Shown here: one piece after another, positions 10,370 through 20,102 of the stretch
How positions within the stretch are numbered: the first letter of the stretch is position 1
How the letters are laid out: every line of letters starts with the position of its first letter
DNA from: an uncultured delta proteobacterium
Lineage (GTDB): Bacteria; Desulfobacterota; Desulfobacteria; Desulfobacterales; Desulfosalsimonadaceae
Length of the DNA stretch: 64,000 nt
Direction: 5' to 3'
NCBI GenBank assembly: GCA_963826785.1
Contig: CAWGYD010000003.1
Span: 160,001-224,000 of the forward strand
Notes under the pieces: generated by a model
Seen by the model: only the letters and a program-made list of their open reading frames with translations
Database searches by the model: none
Told to the model about the DNA's origin: nothing
Program-made: the position numbers and the translations under genes

Positions 10370-11386
10370 CAGAGACGAAAAAAGCCAATGTCCTTGTCAC
10401 CGGCGCGGGCGGCTTTATCGGCGGGTTCCTGTGCGAACGGCTCGTTGCCGAAGGCCATGCGGTCACCGCCCTGGCCATGGGAAATGAGAATACCGAACGT
10501 CTGGAAAATTTGGGCTGCCGCATCGTCCGTGGGGATCTGACCCGCCCCGAATCGATTTCCGGCATCTGCCGGGGCGCGGATCTCGTGTTTCATCTGGCGG
10601 CCCGGGTCACCTACTGGGGAACCCGAAATGATTTCTACAGCGCCATTGTCGATGCCACCCGCAACCTGCTGAACGAGGCGGCGGGAAACGGCTGCCGGTT
10701 TGTCTTCGCCAGTTCCGTGGTGGCCGTCGGCCTGGGCAACGGGCACATCCGGGGGCACCGGGAAACGATCCGACCCGGAAAACCGGCATTTTCTATGGGG
10801 ATGCCAAACTCGAGCTGAAAATCTCGTCTGGCAGTACCACCGGGAGGGGAAAGTCGAAGGGGTGGTGATCCGGCCCACAAATGTGATCGGCCCGGGCAGC
10901 GTCTGGGTCACGGATGCGGTGGCAAATCTGAAAAAACCGTTTTTCCCGCTCGTCGATGGCGGAAAATGGAGCGCAAGCCTCCTCTACGTGGAAAACCTGG
11001 TCGACGCCCTCTACCTTGCCGGCACCAAAGCGGCCGCCGCCGGCAGGACCTATCACATCATGGACGACTACCCGGTCACCTGGCGGCAGTACTTTTCCGA
11101 TATCGCGGAAATTATGGGAAAACCGATCGACTGGAAGACCTTTGCGTCGATCCCGTTCGGCGCGGCCTGGCAGCTGGCGGGCCTTGTCGGAGGCGCATGC
11201 GCGCTTTTCGGCATTCGCACGACCATCACCCGCCATAATATTGCCATGATGGGCCGGGACAATGATCTGGATACCACCCGGGCGAAGGAAGACCTGGGGT
11301 GGAAAACCCGGGTCCCCTATGATGCGGCTAAACAGCGGATTGCCGACTGGATGCGGGAACAGGAGCTTGCCGGAGGGGACGCATGA
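10366..11386 (+). CDS. NAD-dependent epimerase/dehydratase (3-beta-HSD-like extended SDR), frameshifted at about 10760-10815
   Basis: VLVTGAGGFIGG, VFHLAA, FVFASSV, then IRPTNVIGPG and LYVENLVDA in the next frame. Confidence 0.82.
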
Positions 11387-12195
11387 GCTATCTGAAGAAT
11401 AAGCACATTCTGCTGACCGGCGCGGCAGGCGGTTTCGGAACGGTTTTTGTCCGCCACCTGCTCGAAAAGGGGGCGGCTCTTGTGGTTTCCGATCTCGATG
11501 AAAACCTGGAGGCGATTGAAAGCCAGACACCGGCCCGTATGCCGGGAATTGTTGGCTTCATTGGCGCGGATCTTGCTACTTCGGAGGGATGCCGGCATTT
11601 ACATGAAAAATGCCGCGAAACGGTTGGGGCAATTGATATGGTCATCCATAATGCCGGCATCCTGGTTTATGGCTGCTACCAGGACGTACCGATCGAGCGC
11701 GTCTACCGGCTGATGCAGGTCAATACCCTGTCGCCGATGCACCTGAGCGCGCTGTTTCTGCCGGAGATGATCGCGCGCGAATCGGGCCACCTGGTCTTCG
11801 TCTCCTCGGTTGCCGGGTTTGTTCCCACGGCATTTGAGACCGCCTATTCGGCCTCAAAATGCGCGCTGCGGGGATTCGGGATGGCCCTTTCCGGGGAACT
11901 GTCGGGATCCGGTGTCTCGGTGACCAACATCTACCCGTTCTGGGCCGACACCAAAATCCTGAATTCCGATTCCCATGGGAAGAAACAGGCGAAGCGCGTC
12001 CCATCTTTTCTGGTCGATTCGCCGGAAAAGGTGGTTTGCCAAGCCATCCGGGGGATCGAAAAACGAAAACGGCATGTTTATCCCGGCTTTTTCGCCAAGG
12101 CGGCCTGGCAGCTGACCCGGCTGCGCCCCATCGTGGGCAGACAACCGGTGGCGGATCGGATCGAGACCAAATCATCTGCAGCAAAAGGCGTCTGA
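11383..12195 (+). CDS. Short-chain dehydrogenase/reductase
   Basis: TGAAGGFG, HNAG, SSVAG, YSASK. ATGA overlap with the upstream gene. Confidence 0.92.
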   Translation: MSYLKNKHILLTGAAGGFGTVFVRHLLEKGAALVVSDLDENLEAIESQTPARMPGIVGFIGADLATSEGCRHLHEKCRETVGAIDMVIHNAGILVYGCYQDVPIERVYRLMQVNTLSPMHLSALFLPEMIARESGHLVFVSSVAGFVPTAFETAYSASKCALRGFGMALSGELSGSGVSVTNIYPFWADTKILNSDSHGKKQAKRVPSFLVDSPEKVVCQAIRGIEKRKRHVYPGFFAKAAWQLTRLRPIVGRQPVADRIETKSSAAKGV

Positions 12196-12212
12196 TTTCA
12201 GGTGGTGCTGAA

Positions 12213-12509
12213 TTATGGCTTAATTTCTTTCACTGGCAATATCTGCTTGCCATGACGGATGGTAAGGATTGAAATTCTATTAACTTCAATCCGATATATA
12301 ATCCGGTAATTACCATAAATAATTTCTCTGAATTGAGCGTCTTCAATTTCGGGAACGATTCTTCCGCTTTCTGGGAAAGTTTTTAATTGCTCAACTTTTG
12401 AGAACAGGGTTCCAATCCATTTTTCCGCCGCAGATAGTTTGTCCTGGGCGATGTATCCCGCGATTTCCGAAGCTCTATCGACTGCCAGAGGCGACCAGAC
12501 GATGTTCAC
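12213..12509 (-). CDS. RelE/ParE family toxin
   Basis: IVWSPLA...FPESGRIVPE...REIIYGNYRIIYRI...ILTIRHG. Confidence 0.9.
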   Translation of the reverse strand: MNIVWSPLAVDRASEIAGYIAQDKLSAAEKWIGTLFSKVEQLKTFPESGRIVPEIEDAQFREIIYGNYRIIYRIEVNRISILTIRHGKQILPVKEIKP

Positions 12510-12787
12510 TTGTGGACTCGCTTTAACACCGTGTCCCTTGCATCCTCATGATCGATACCCTGGCCGGCTTCCAGTTGACTTAAGGAGGTCTGAATATCAG
12601 TTAACAGCTCGATCTTCTCCTGCATCAACTCAAATTCATGTGCGTCTATAAGAACAGCAACGCCTTTTCCATGCTGGGTAATTACCAGTGGTCTTTTTGT
12701 ATCGCGGACTTGCCTGATAAAATTGGCGATGCCGGTTCTAATCTCGGACAGCGGTTTGATATCCTGGTTAATTTTTAGTCTTTGCAT
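12506..12787 (-). CDS. Phd/YefM family antitoxin
   Basis: DIKPLSEIR...RPLVITQHGKGVAVL. Overlaps the toxin start. Confidence 0.9.
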   Translation of the reverse strand: MQRLKINQDIKPLSEIRTGIANFIRQVRDTKRPLVITQHGKGVAVLIDAHEFELMQEKIELLTDIQTSLSQLEAGQGIDHEDARDTVLKRVHK

Positions 12788-12816
12788 GCCGCATCTCCTC
12801 TTTGCAAATTGAATTA

Positions 12817-12834
12817 TGTACAAAATAACGTACA
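12817..12834 (-). promoter_or_regulatory. Putative Phd/YefM operator
   Basis: TGTACA and CGTACA cores 12 bp apart just upstream of the antitoxin, like YefM-type TGTACA boxes. Confidence 0.55.
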
Positions 12835-12867
12835 AATAATATGAATGCAAGCAAAGGAAAACAAGAG

Positions 12868-15030
12868 ATGAAAAACGTCGAAGTGGTCCCCGGCGAATGG
12901 GGTTCGCCTGAAAGCAGCAAACCCGTTGGCGAACAGGAGGTCGAGGAAAAAGCTATGACCCTGCTTTCACGGATGAGCCTGGCGGAAAAAATCGACCAGA
13001 TGTCCGGCGACATCCCCCTGTTTCCCGGCATTGTCGAACTCCAATTCGCTTACAACAAGCGGCCATATCCGGCCGGGGAAAACCGCCGCCTCGGCATTCC
13101 CGGGGTCCGGTTTGCCGACGGTCCCCGGGGGGTGGTGATGTACAACTCCACCTGCTTTCCCGTGGCCATGGCCCGGGGGGCGACCTGGGACACAGACCTT
13201 GAGGAGCGAATAGGGGATGCCATCGGCGTGGAGGCGCGGTCCCAAGGGGCCAATTTTTTCGGCGGCGTCTGCATCAACCTGCTCCGGCACCCGGCCTGGG
13301 GCCGCGCCCAGGAAACCTACGGGGAAGATCCGCATCACCTGGGGGAGATGGGGGCGGCCCTGGTCCGTGGCGCGCAACGGCACGTGATGGCCTGCATCAA
13401 GCACTTTGCTGCAAACAGCATGGAAAACGCCCGGTTTAAAGTCGATGTCCAGATCGGCGAGCGGGCCCTGAGGGAAGTCTATCTGCCGCACTTCAAGCGG
13501 TGCGTCGATGAAGGTGCCGCATCCGTCATGAGCGCGTATAACCGGGTCAATGGCGATTACTGCGGCCACAACCGTCGCCTGCTGACAGACATCCTGAAGA
13601 AGGAGTGGGGGTTTTCCGGATTTGTCATCTCCGATTTCCTGCTCGGCATCCGGGATACCGTTGCGGCAGCAAGCAGCGGCATGGATATCGAAATGCCCTT
13701 TACCTGGCATTTCGGCAGGCGGCTGTTGCGCCAGGTCCGCAAAGGGCGGGTCCCGGAAGAGCGCATCGATGACGCGGTGCTGCGGATCCTGCGGCAGAAG
13801 ATCCGGTTTTCGAAGATCGGTGATCCGGGCCGTTACGGCCGGCATGCGGTGGGCTGTGAGGCCCACCGGCGGCTTGCCCGGGAAGCGGCCGTCAAATCGA
13901 TCGTGCTGCTCAAAAACGATCCCCCCGAACCGGACGGCAGTCCCCTGCTGCCGGTGGACGCTTCCCGGGTTGCGCGCATCGTTTTGATCGGAAAACTCGC
14001 CGCGTCCGGAAATACCGGAGATAACGGAAGCAGCAGGGTCCGCCCCCCGTATGTGGTCACCCCGCTGGAAGGCATCCGGGCCGCAGCGGTTCCGGGAACC
14101 GAAGTCTCCTGGCACAATGGCCGGAACCTGAATACGGCTGCCGAAGCGGCCCGCCGGGCCGACATGGCGATCGTGATCGCCGGGTATACTCACCGCAGGA
14201 AGGCGAGTACATCCCGTTTCCGCCAAAGGGCGGCGACAGGGACAACCTGGCCCTTTCCCGGCATGACGAGGACCTGATCGATCAAGTGGTCCGGGCAAAT
14301 CCTCTTACGGTGGTGGTCCTGATAGGCGGGAGCGCCATTGTCACCGAGAATTGGCGACACAGGGTACCGGCTATCATGATGGCCTGGTACCCGGGAATGG
14401 AGGGGGGGCACGCAATTGCCGATATCCTGTTCGGCAAGGTCAACCCCGGCGGCAGGCTGCCGTGCGTTTTTCCAAAATCCGCCGCACAATTGCCTTTTTT
14501 CGACAGGAAAGCAAAATCGATCGAGTACGGCCTTTACCACGGATACCGCCTAATGGAGAAAAGAGGCATGGGAGCCGGCCTTTGCCTTCGGTTTCGGCCT
14601 GAGCTACACCACGTTTACATACCGCAACCTGCGCCTGGATCCATCTGAAATCGGCACGGACGGCGAACTTCGGATCACGGTCGATGTTATCAACACCGGC
14701 AGCATGGCCGGTGATGAAATTGTACAACTCTATGTGGGATTTCGGAATGCATCCATTGACCGGCCATTTAAGGAGTTGAAGGGATTCCGCCGAATCCGCC
14801 TGGAACCCGGAGAAACCAGGAGGATTGGATTCACTTTACTGGCGAGAGAGCTTTCCTTCTATGATGAAGATAATTCACAGTGGAATGTCGAGGCTTTGTC
14901 ATACCAGATCTATATAGGCAAATCATCTTCACCCGCCGATTTACTGGAGGCCGAGTTTAAGATTACAAATGATGGTGATCAGGGCATAGACACCTTAAAG
15001 AGAAAGCAGTTTAGGAATCATCGGGTGTGA
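12868..15030 (+). CDS. Glycoside hydrolase family 3 beta-glucosidase (frameshifts near 14195 and 14570)
   Basis: ADGPRG, WGRAQETYGEDP, CIKHFAAN, VMSAYN, GFVISDF, AWYPGMEGG, and Fn3-like EIVQLYV...ELKGF. Confidence 0.9.
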
Positions 15031-15157
15031 TATATGACCTCGTCCTGTGATCCTGCTCCGTAACTCAGCTGTAAAATAATGGCGTTCGGTATGTATTGAA
15101 GAACGGCCACCAACTCCACATCCTTGCCTGTTCTTCACAAGTGAGGCCCTATCTCAA

Positions 15158-15219
15158 ACTGTACCATGCAATAGCTTTTCAGCACCTCGGGCAGGAAATC
15201 TGCTACCACAAGAAAATGG
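15158..15219. repeat. Degenerate dispersed repeat, copy 3 (most diverged)
   Basis: GTACCATGCAATAGCTTTTCAGCA...GCTACCACAAGAAAATGG versus 8483-8540. Confidence 0.55.
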
Positions 15220-15335
15220 TGCTTTTGATCTATCTCCGACATTGCATTTCACTCTCAATGAAGGGCTGAATTAATAGAAACCATATCTTTTTCAATCTTC
15301 ACTTGATGGACCTGCGTTGAAATCGCTGCAATGAA

Positions 15336-16496
15336 TCAGCCGCCCAGCAGCCACTGGAACCGCCCCCTCCCCTTTTCGATGGCCGCCTCCGGGCAGATTT
15401 CCAGACAGCAATAGCAGCGGATGCAGATATCATAGTTGTAATCGGGGACCTCGCGCCTGCCCGATGAGGTGCTGATGGCGCCGGCCGGGCAGATCTTTTT
15501 GCACTGGTAACACAGGGTGCACCTCTCCTTTTGGGGAAGGGGCCGGTCCAGGAAGAGGTTCTTGAACGCGGTGGTATTGAAGGGCCATCTGAACATGTTG
15601 GAAAAAAAGGAGGCGCCGGTGGCCGGCACAAATCCTTCTATTTTAAGCGCCTCGATGGGATCGCCCACCACCTGGATGTCCCGGGGGGAAGAAATCCCGT
15701 AATTTCTGGAAAACCCGCCCACTATGGTGGGGCACTTGTCGATGTCCAGGCCGGCCACCTTTGCGGCCACGCAGTCCATGGCGATGCCGTTTTCGCTGGC
15801 CAGAACCGCATCCATGCGCCGGGGCTTTCCGGACGGCCCCGGCCCCTCGCCTTCCTGGACCATGATGGCATCCATGATGTGGATAATCCGTTTTGCCGGA
15901 TCAAACCCGTAATTCATGGCCCCATAGAGATCCAGGAGAAACTCGGCGAAATCCTCGGGCTTAGGCGCGCGCATGTGCATCTTCGATTTTTCCATGCCGG
16001 GAATGGCGCCGAAGAGCAGCTTGACCCCGCCGGTGATATAGGTGATGCCATGGGTTTTGAACTTGGGCAGGCTCAATATGATGTCCGCGTCAAAATAGGC
16101 TTCGGACACGGCCAGGTGCTTGAACTTCTTTGCCCCCTCATAGTGCAGAACCCGGGTTTGGCCCGGATCGGCCATCTCGATGCCCTCTTCGTCCACCACC
16201 TTCTGGTAGCCCGTTTTTTTCACCGTCCGCTCCAGGGAATGCATGGCCGGAGATTCCACCAGGATGGGCGTCCCGCCGCTTTCCTTGACGATCTGCACCA
16301 CCGAGCGGAAAAATTCGGGATGGGTGATGATGGCTTTTTCCTCGGATGACGGCATCAGCAGGTTCGGCTTGACCACCACCTTTTTTCCGCTCAGTTCCTT
16401 GAGATTAAATCCGATGTTTTCCAGACTGTGGCGGATGATGTCGTTTAGCAGCCCGTTTTCGTATTCACTGCACTGCAGCAGGGATACCGTTGCCAT
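15336..16496 (-). CDS. DUF362 domain protein with C-terminal 2[4Fe-4S] ferredoxin
   Basis: VVKPNLL, THPEF, SLPKFKTH, EGEGP, CTLCYQCKKICP, CIRCYCCLEICP. Confidence 0.9.
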   Translation of the reverse strand: MATVSLLQCSEYENGLLNDIIRHSLENIGFNLKELSGKKVVVKPNLLMPSSEEKAIITHPEFFRSVVQIVKESGGTPILVESPAMHSLERTVKKTGYQKVVDEEGIEMADPGQTRVLHYEGAKKFKHLAVSEAYFDADIILSLPKFKTHGITYITGGVKLLFGAIPGMEKSKMHMRAPKPEDFAEFLLDLYGAMNYGFDPAKRIIHIMDAIMVQEGEGPGPSGKPRRMDAVLASENGIAMDCVAAKVAGLDIDKCPTIVGGFSRNYGISSPRDIQVVGDPIEALKIEGFVPATGASFFSNMFRWPFNTTAFKNLFLDRPLPQKERCTLCYQCKKICPAGAISTSSGRREVPDYNYDICIRCYCCLEICPEAAIEKGRGRFQWLLGG

Positions 16497-16648
16497 TTTC
16501 CCCTCCCCGGCCGCGCAGCGGGCGCGGCGCTCTAATTTTTACATCCTGTAAAAAACCGGACCGATCCGATATGGCGCCGGATCCGGATGCCATTTGAGTT
16601 AAATGCAAATTTAAAATTATATCAGGATATTAACAAATAAGATGACCT

Positions 16649-16664
16649 TGGCATACGCATTGCA
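16649..16664 (+). promoter_or_regulatory. sigma54 (-24/-12) promoter with an upstream IHF-like site
   Basis: TGGCAT-ACGCA-TTGCA. TATCAGGATATTA at 16620-16632. Confidence 0.8.
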
Positions 16665-16707
16665 ATCTCCAATTCGAATACCCACCCCACACTTTAGGAG
16701 GACGCTG

Positions 16708-17490
16708 ATGAAACCCAGTATATCCGGTACGGCTGACGATGCCTTTTTTTCCGTCTCGCGTGTTGAAGAAACCGCATGGATCAATCTGCAAAAAAATCTG
16801 CTGATCCGGGGAATCCGTCTTTCCAGCCGGGATGCCCTGTTGTCCTGCCTGGACGAATTGGCATCAGATCAAACGATTAAGGTCATTGTGCTCAGATCGC
16901 TCCTGGAAGAATCGGGCCACCGGGAGTACCTTGAGTTTTTCCGTATGATCCGCAACGGGAGCCACGATCTGGATCTTCATCGATTGTGCAATGTGTATGC
17001 GTCGCTGATCGTCAAACTGACCACGTTGAACAAGATGGTCATTCATGTCACTTCCGGCAACGTGATCCCATTATTCTTGAATCTCAGCCTGGCCTGCGAC
17101 CATCGGATCGCCGCCGACACCACCATTTACCGGAATTCATACCTGGACACGGGGCTCCTTCCCATCGGCGGCGGGCCCTATTTTCTCTCCCGGCTGCTGG
17201 GGGCGTCGAAGGCATTGGAACTGATGGTGCTTAAAAAGCAGTATACGGCCTCGGAGGCGCTTTCTTCAGGCATTATCGACCGGATCATTCCCGAAAATGA
17301 CCTTGAATCCGAAACCCTTGAGACTGCCCGGTGCTTTGCCGCGGTGCCGGCCGCCACCCTCACCGGCCTCAAGCGGCTGCTCCATTTCTCCACAACGGAC
17401 CTGCAGGCCTACCTGGAATTTGAAAACCGGGAAATCTTTAAAACCATTTTCAATCCGGCCTTCCGGAGCGGCCCGAAAATGAGGGTTTAG
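16708..17490 (+). CDS. Enoyl-CoA hydratase/isomerase (crotonase) family protein with an atypical active site
   Basis: IKVIVL, LSLACDHRIAA, GLLPIGGGPYFLSRLLG, ASEALSSGIIDRII. RBS AGGAGG. Confidence 0.85.
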   Translation: MKPSISGTADDAFFSVSRVEETAWINLQKNLLIRGIRLSSRDALLSCLDELASDQTIKVIVLRSLLEESGHREYLEFFRMIRNGSHDLDLHRLCNVYASLIVKLTTLNKMVIHVTSGNVIPLFLNLSLACDHRIAADTTIYRNSYLDTGLLPIGGGPYFLSRLLGASKALELMVLKKQYTASEALSSGIIDRIIPENDLESETLETARCFAAVPAATLTGLKRLLHFSTTDLQAYLEFENREIFKTIFNPAFRSGPKMRV

Positions 17491-18410
17491 ACGATCCAGA
17501 CCGCCATCTTGTGGGCCTTGTGCAAAATTTTCATGCTGACGCGGCCCATGAGGAAATCCTTGATCACGGTCAGCCCCCGGCGACCCACCACGATGGTGCC
17601 GCACCCGTTGCTTTCTGCGGTCCTGGAGATGGAGACCGCCCGGCTGATCTTGCCTTCCAGAATTTCTTCAAAGATCAGACCGGGCGCAAATCCCGCCTCG
17701 ATCAGGCGCACCCGGGCATCCGTCAATGCATTTTCGATCCGCTCCCGTGTCTTTTCCAGCATCTCTTTTTCCCGTTCACGGCTGAGTACCCGATCATCAC
17801 CCATCGGATATTTCACCGATCGGATCACATGGCACAGCACCGCCCTGCGTTCGGGCCGGGGCATGAATTTGCAGGCGCAGTCCACCCCCTTGAATGCGTC
17901 CTCTGAACCGTCGAATCCGATCAGTACGTGCCGGGGGTCCGGCTGGTCCCCCACCACCACGACGGGGAGGTGGGCAATCCCGCTGACCAGGCGGTAGGCC
18001 GTGCTTCCAACGATCATATCGGTGGGCTCGTTTACCCCCCGCCGGCCCACGAAAACCGCATCAAACCCGGTCCCGGCGGCGGCGATCAGGTCCTTTGCCA
18101 CCCCCTTGACCTGGCTGCGGACCTCAATTTTAACGGCATCGCCATCGAAGCCGGCATCTCTCAGTATGGCGGCAGCCAGATCCATCATGGCGGCGGCCTT
18201 TTTCTGAAGTTCTTCCTCCCATCGGTCATCCCCGGGGGTTCGGACATACACCCCCTTGTAATCCTCCAACGCTTCGGGCAACTCCGACAGAATGTGAATC
18301 AGGGTGATCCGGGTGCTGCCGGGGAGAAAAAACCGGCTGACATACCGGACTGCATCCATTGCGCTTTCGGATCCGTCCACCGCAACCAGGACACTTCTTT
18401 TTTTTTGCAT
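17487..18410 (-). CDS. Universal stress protein with tandem USP domains
   Basis: VLVAVDGSESA and VLIGFDGSEDA, two VGRRG motifs. Confidence 0.92.
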   Translation of the reverse strand: MQKKRSVLVAVDGSESAMDAVRYVSRFFLPGSTRITLIHILSELPEALEDYKGVYVRTPGDDRWEEELQKKAAAMMDLAAAILRDAGFDGDAVKIEVRSQVKGVAKDLIAAAGTGFDAVFVGRRGVNEPTDMIVGSTAYRLVSGIAHLPVVVVGDQPDPRHVLIGFDGSEDAFKGVDCACKFMPRPERRAVLCHVIRSVKYPMGDDRVLSREREKEMLEKTRERIENALTDARVRLIEAGFAPGLIFEEILEGKISRAVSISRTAESNGCGTIVVGRRGLTVIKDFLMGRVSMKILHKAHKMAVWIV

Positions 18411-18701
18411 TACAGAAAATCCTTACCCTTATGTATCCAAAAATCTGCCCACCTCAGATGAAGACTCGAATATCAATTGATAATATCTTTTCTCTGTCCG
18501 GTGAATGCAAAGAAAGATTTATTGAAGGCAACTTTTCAAAATGCGTGTGGATGCTTTCCAGGCATCCTCAAATCAAGGTTGAGAAAGCAAAAGCCCCCTG
18601 TGCGAAACGCGCGCCTGCTTCCTTGATCTTTCATCAGATTATGATATGTTGCTCGACATCATATAATAATCCGCAAGGGGATGTAATTTCCGGAGGTGAT
18701 G

Positions 18702-20102
18702 ATGTCGATTCTGTTCGAACCGGTTCAAATCGGCGGCATGCCGGTGAAAAACCGCTTTGTCCATTCCGCCACCCATGAGGCCATGGCGGCAGCGGACGGC
18801 CGTGTCAATGAATCGATATTAAAGCGGTACAAAACCCTTGCCCAGGGCGGCATCGGCCTGATTCTGCCCGGGCACCTCTATGTCCATCCACTGGGCAAGG
18901 CCCACCCGGGCCAGTGCGGCATTCATGATGATGCCATGCTCGACGGACTGTCCCGATTGACGGAGGCGGTGCATCGGCATGACGCCAAAATCGCCCTTCA
19001 GCTGGCCCATGCCGGGCGCCAGGCCTTAAAATCGATTATCGGACAGGCCCCGCTGGCCCCGTCCAAGGGCCGGGACCCCGCCTCCCTGGAAAAATCGCGC
19101 CGGATGACGAACGATCAGATCAAGGAAACCATCGATGCGTTCATCAGCGCGGCGAAGCGGGCGGTCCAGGCCGGCGCGGATGCCGTAGAGCTCCATGCCG
19201 CCCACGGTTACCTGTTAAATCAGTTTCTCTCCCCCTTTTTCAACCGCCGCAAGGACGCCTGGGGCGGATCCGATGAAAACCGCTTCTGGATGGTCCGTGA
19301 GATTATCCTGGGCATCAAGGCCGAGCTGCCCGGGGCCGTCCCCCTGATGGTCAAACTCAACACCAATGATTACACCCCGAAAAAAGGAATCGACCCCGAT
19401 CTTGCCGCCACCTATGCCCGGTGGATGGTCAAGTGCGGGGTGGATGCCGTGGAAACCAGCTGCGGCACCGCATATTCCCTTCATACCCTCAGAGGCGACA
19501 TTCCCACCGAAGAGATGATTTCACGCCTTTCCGGCTGGATGAAGCCCATCGGCAGGATCAAGTTAAACGCCATGGCCAAAAAAACCTGGTTTGCGCCCGC
19601 CTACAATCTGGAAGCCGCCCAGATCATCAAGCCCAAGATAAAAGACACCGTCCTGATCCTGGTGGGCGGTCTGCGCCGGCTTTCCGAAATGGAGAGGGTC
19701 ATCGAAAACGGCGATGCGGACATGATCGCCATGTCCCGTCCCTTTATCCGCGAACCGTTTTTAGTGAAAAAATTCAGCGAAGGAAAATCCACCAAATCCG
19801 CCTGCCTTTCCTGCAATAAATGCTTTGCCGCCATGTTCAACGGCATCCCGGTGCAGTGCTACCGAAACGGAATACCGGGGCACGGCCGTCGCCGATCAAG
19901 GCGTAAAATCCTTTGTGGATCGGCAAAAAAGTATGGCCTGCTGGTTCTCTTCGGGTTTCATGTGGTGAGCAAACAGGGATTTAACACGAAGAAACGAAGA
20001 GAACAACATTGTTTTCTTTCCATGATATCGGTGCCGGCCGTTATTTCTGTTGCTTCACATGCCGGACAAAATCGGCGAAGGCCGCTCTTGTATCGTATTT
20101 GA
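18702..20102 (+). CDS. NADH:flavin oxidoreductase (Old Yellow Enzyme family); homology appears to end near 19880
   Basis: KNRFVHSAT, QLAHAGRQ, ELHAAHGYLLNQFLSP, MSRPFIREP, CLSCNKC...C. Confidence 0.9.
   Translation: MSILFEPVQIGGMPVKNRFVHSATHEAMAAADGRVNESILKRYKTLAQGGIGLILPGHLYVHPLGKAHPGQCGIHDDAMLDGLSRLTEAVHRHDAKIALQLAHAGRQALKSIIGQAPLAPSKGRDPASLEKSRRMTNDQIKETIDAFISAAKRAVQAGADAVELHAAHGYLLNQFLSPFFNRRKDAWGGSDENRFWMVREIILGIKAELPGAVPLMVKLNTNDYTPKKGIDPDLAATYARWMVKCGVDAVETSCGTAYSLHTLRGDIPTEEMISRLSGWMKPIGRIKLNAMAKKTWFAPAYNLEAAQIIKPKIKDTVLILVGGLRRLSEMERVIENGDADMIAMSRPFIREPFLVKKFSEGKSTKSACLSCNKCFAAMFNGIPVQCYRNGIPGHGRRRSRRKILCGSAKKYGLLVLFGFHVVSKQGFNTKKRREQHCFLSMISVPAVISVASHAGQNRRRPLLYRI

Noticed and set aside
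9514..10818. Apparent novel decarboxylase-epimerase fusion protein
   Set aside because: The junction GGAGAAGGCATATGA contains an RBS and an ATGA stop/start overlap, so one indel gives two coupled genes.
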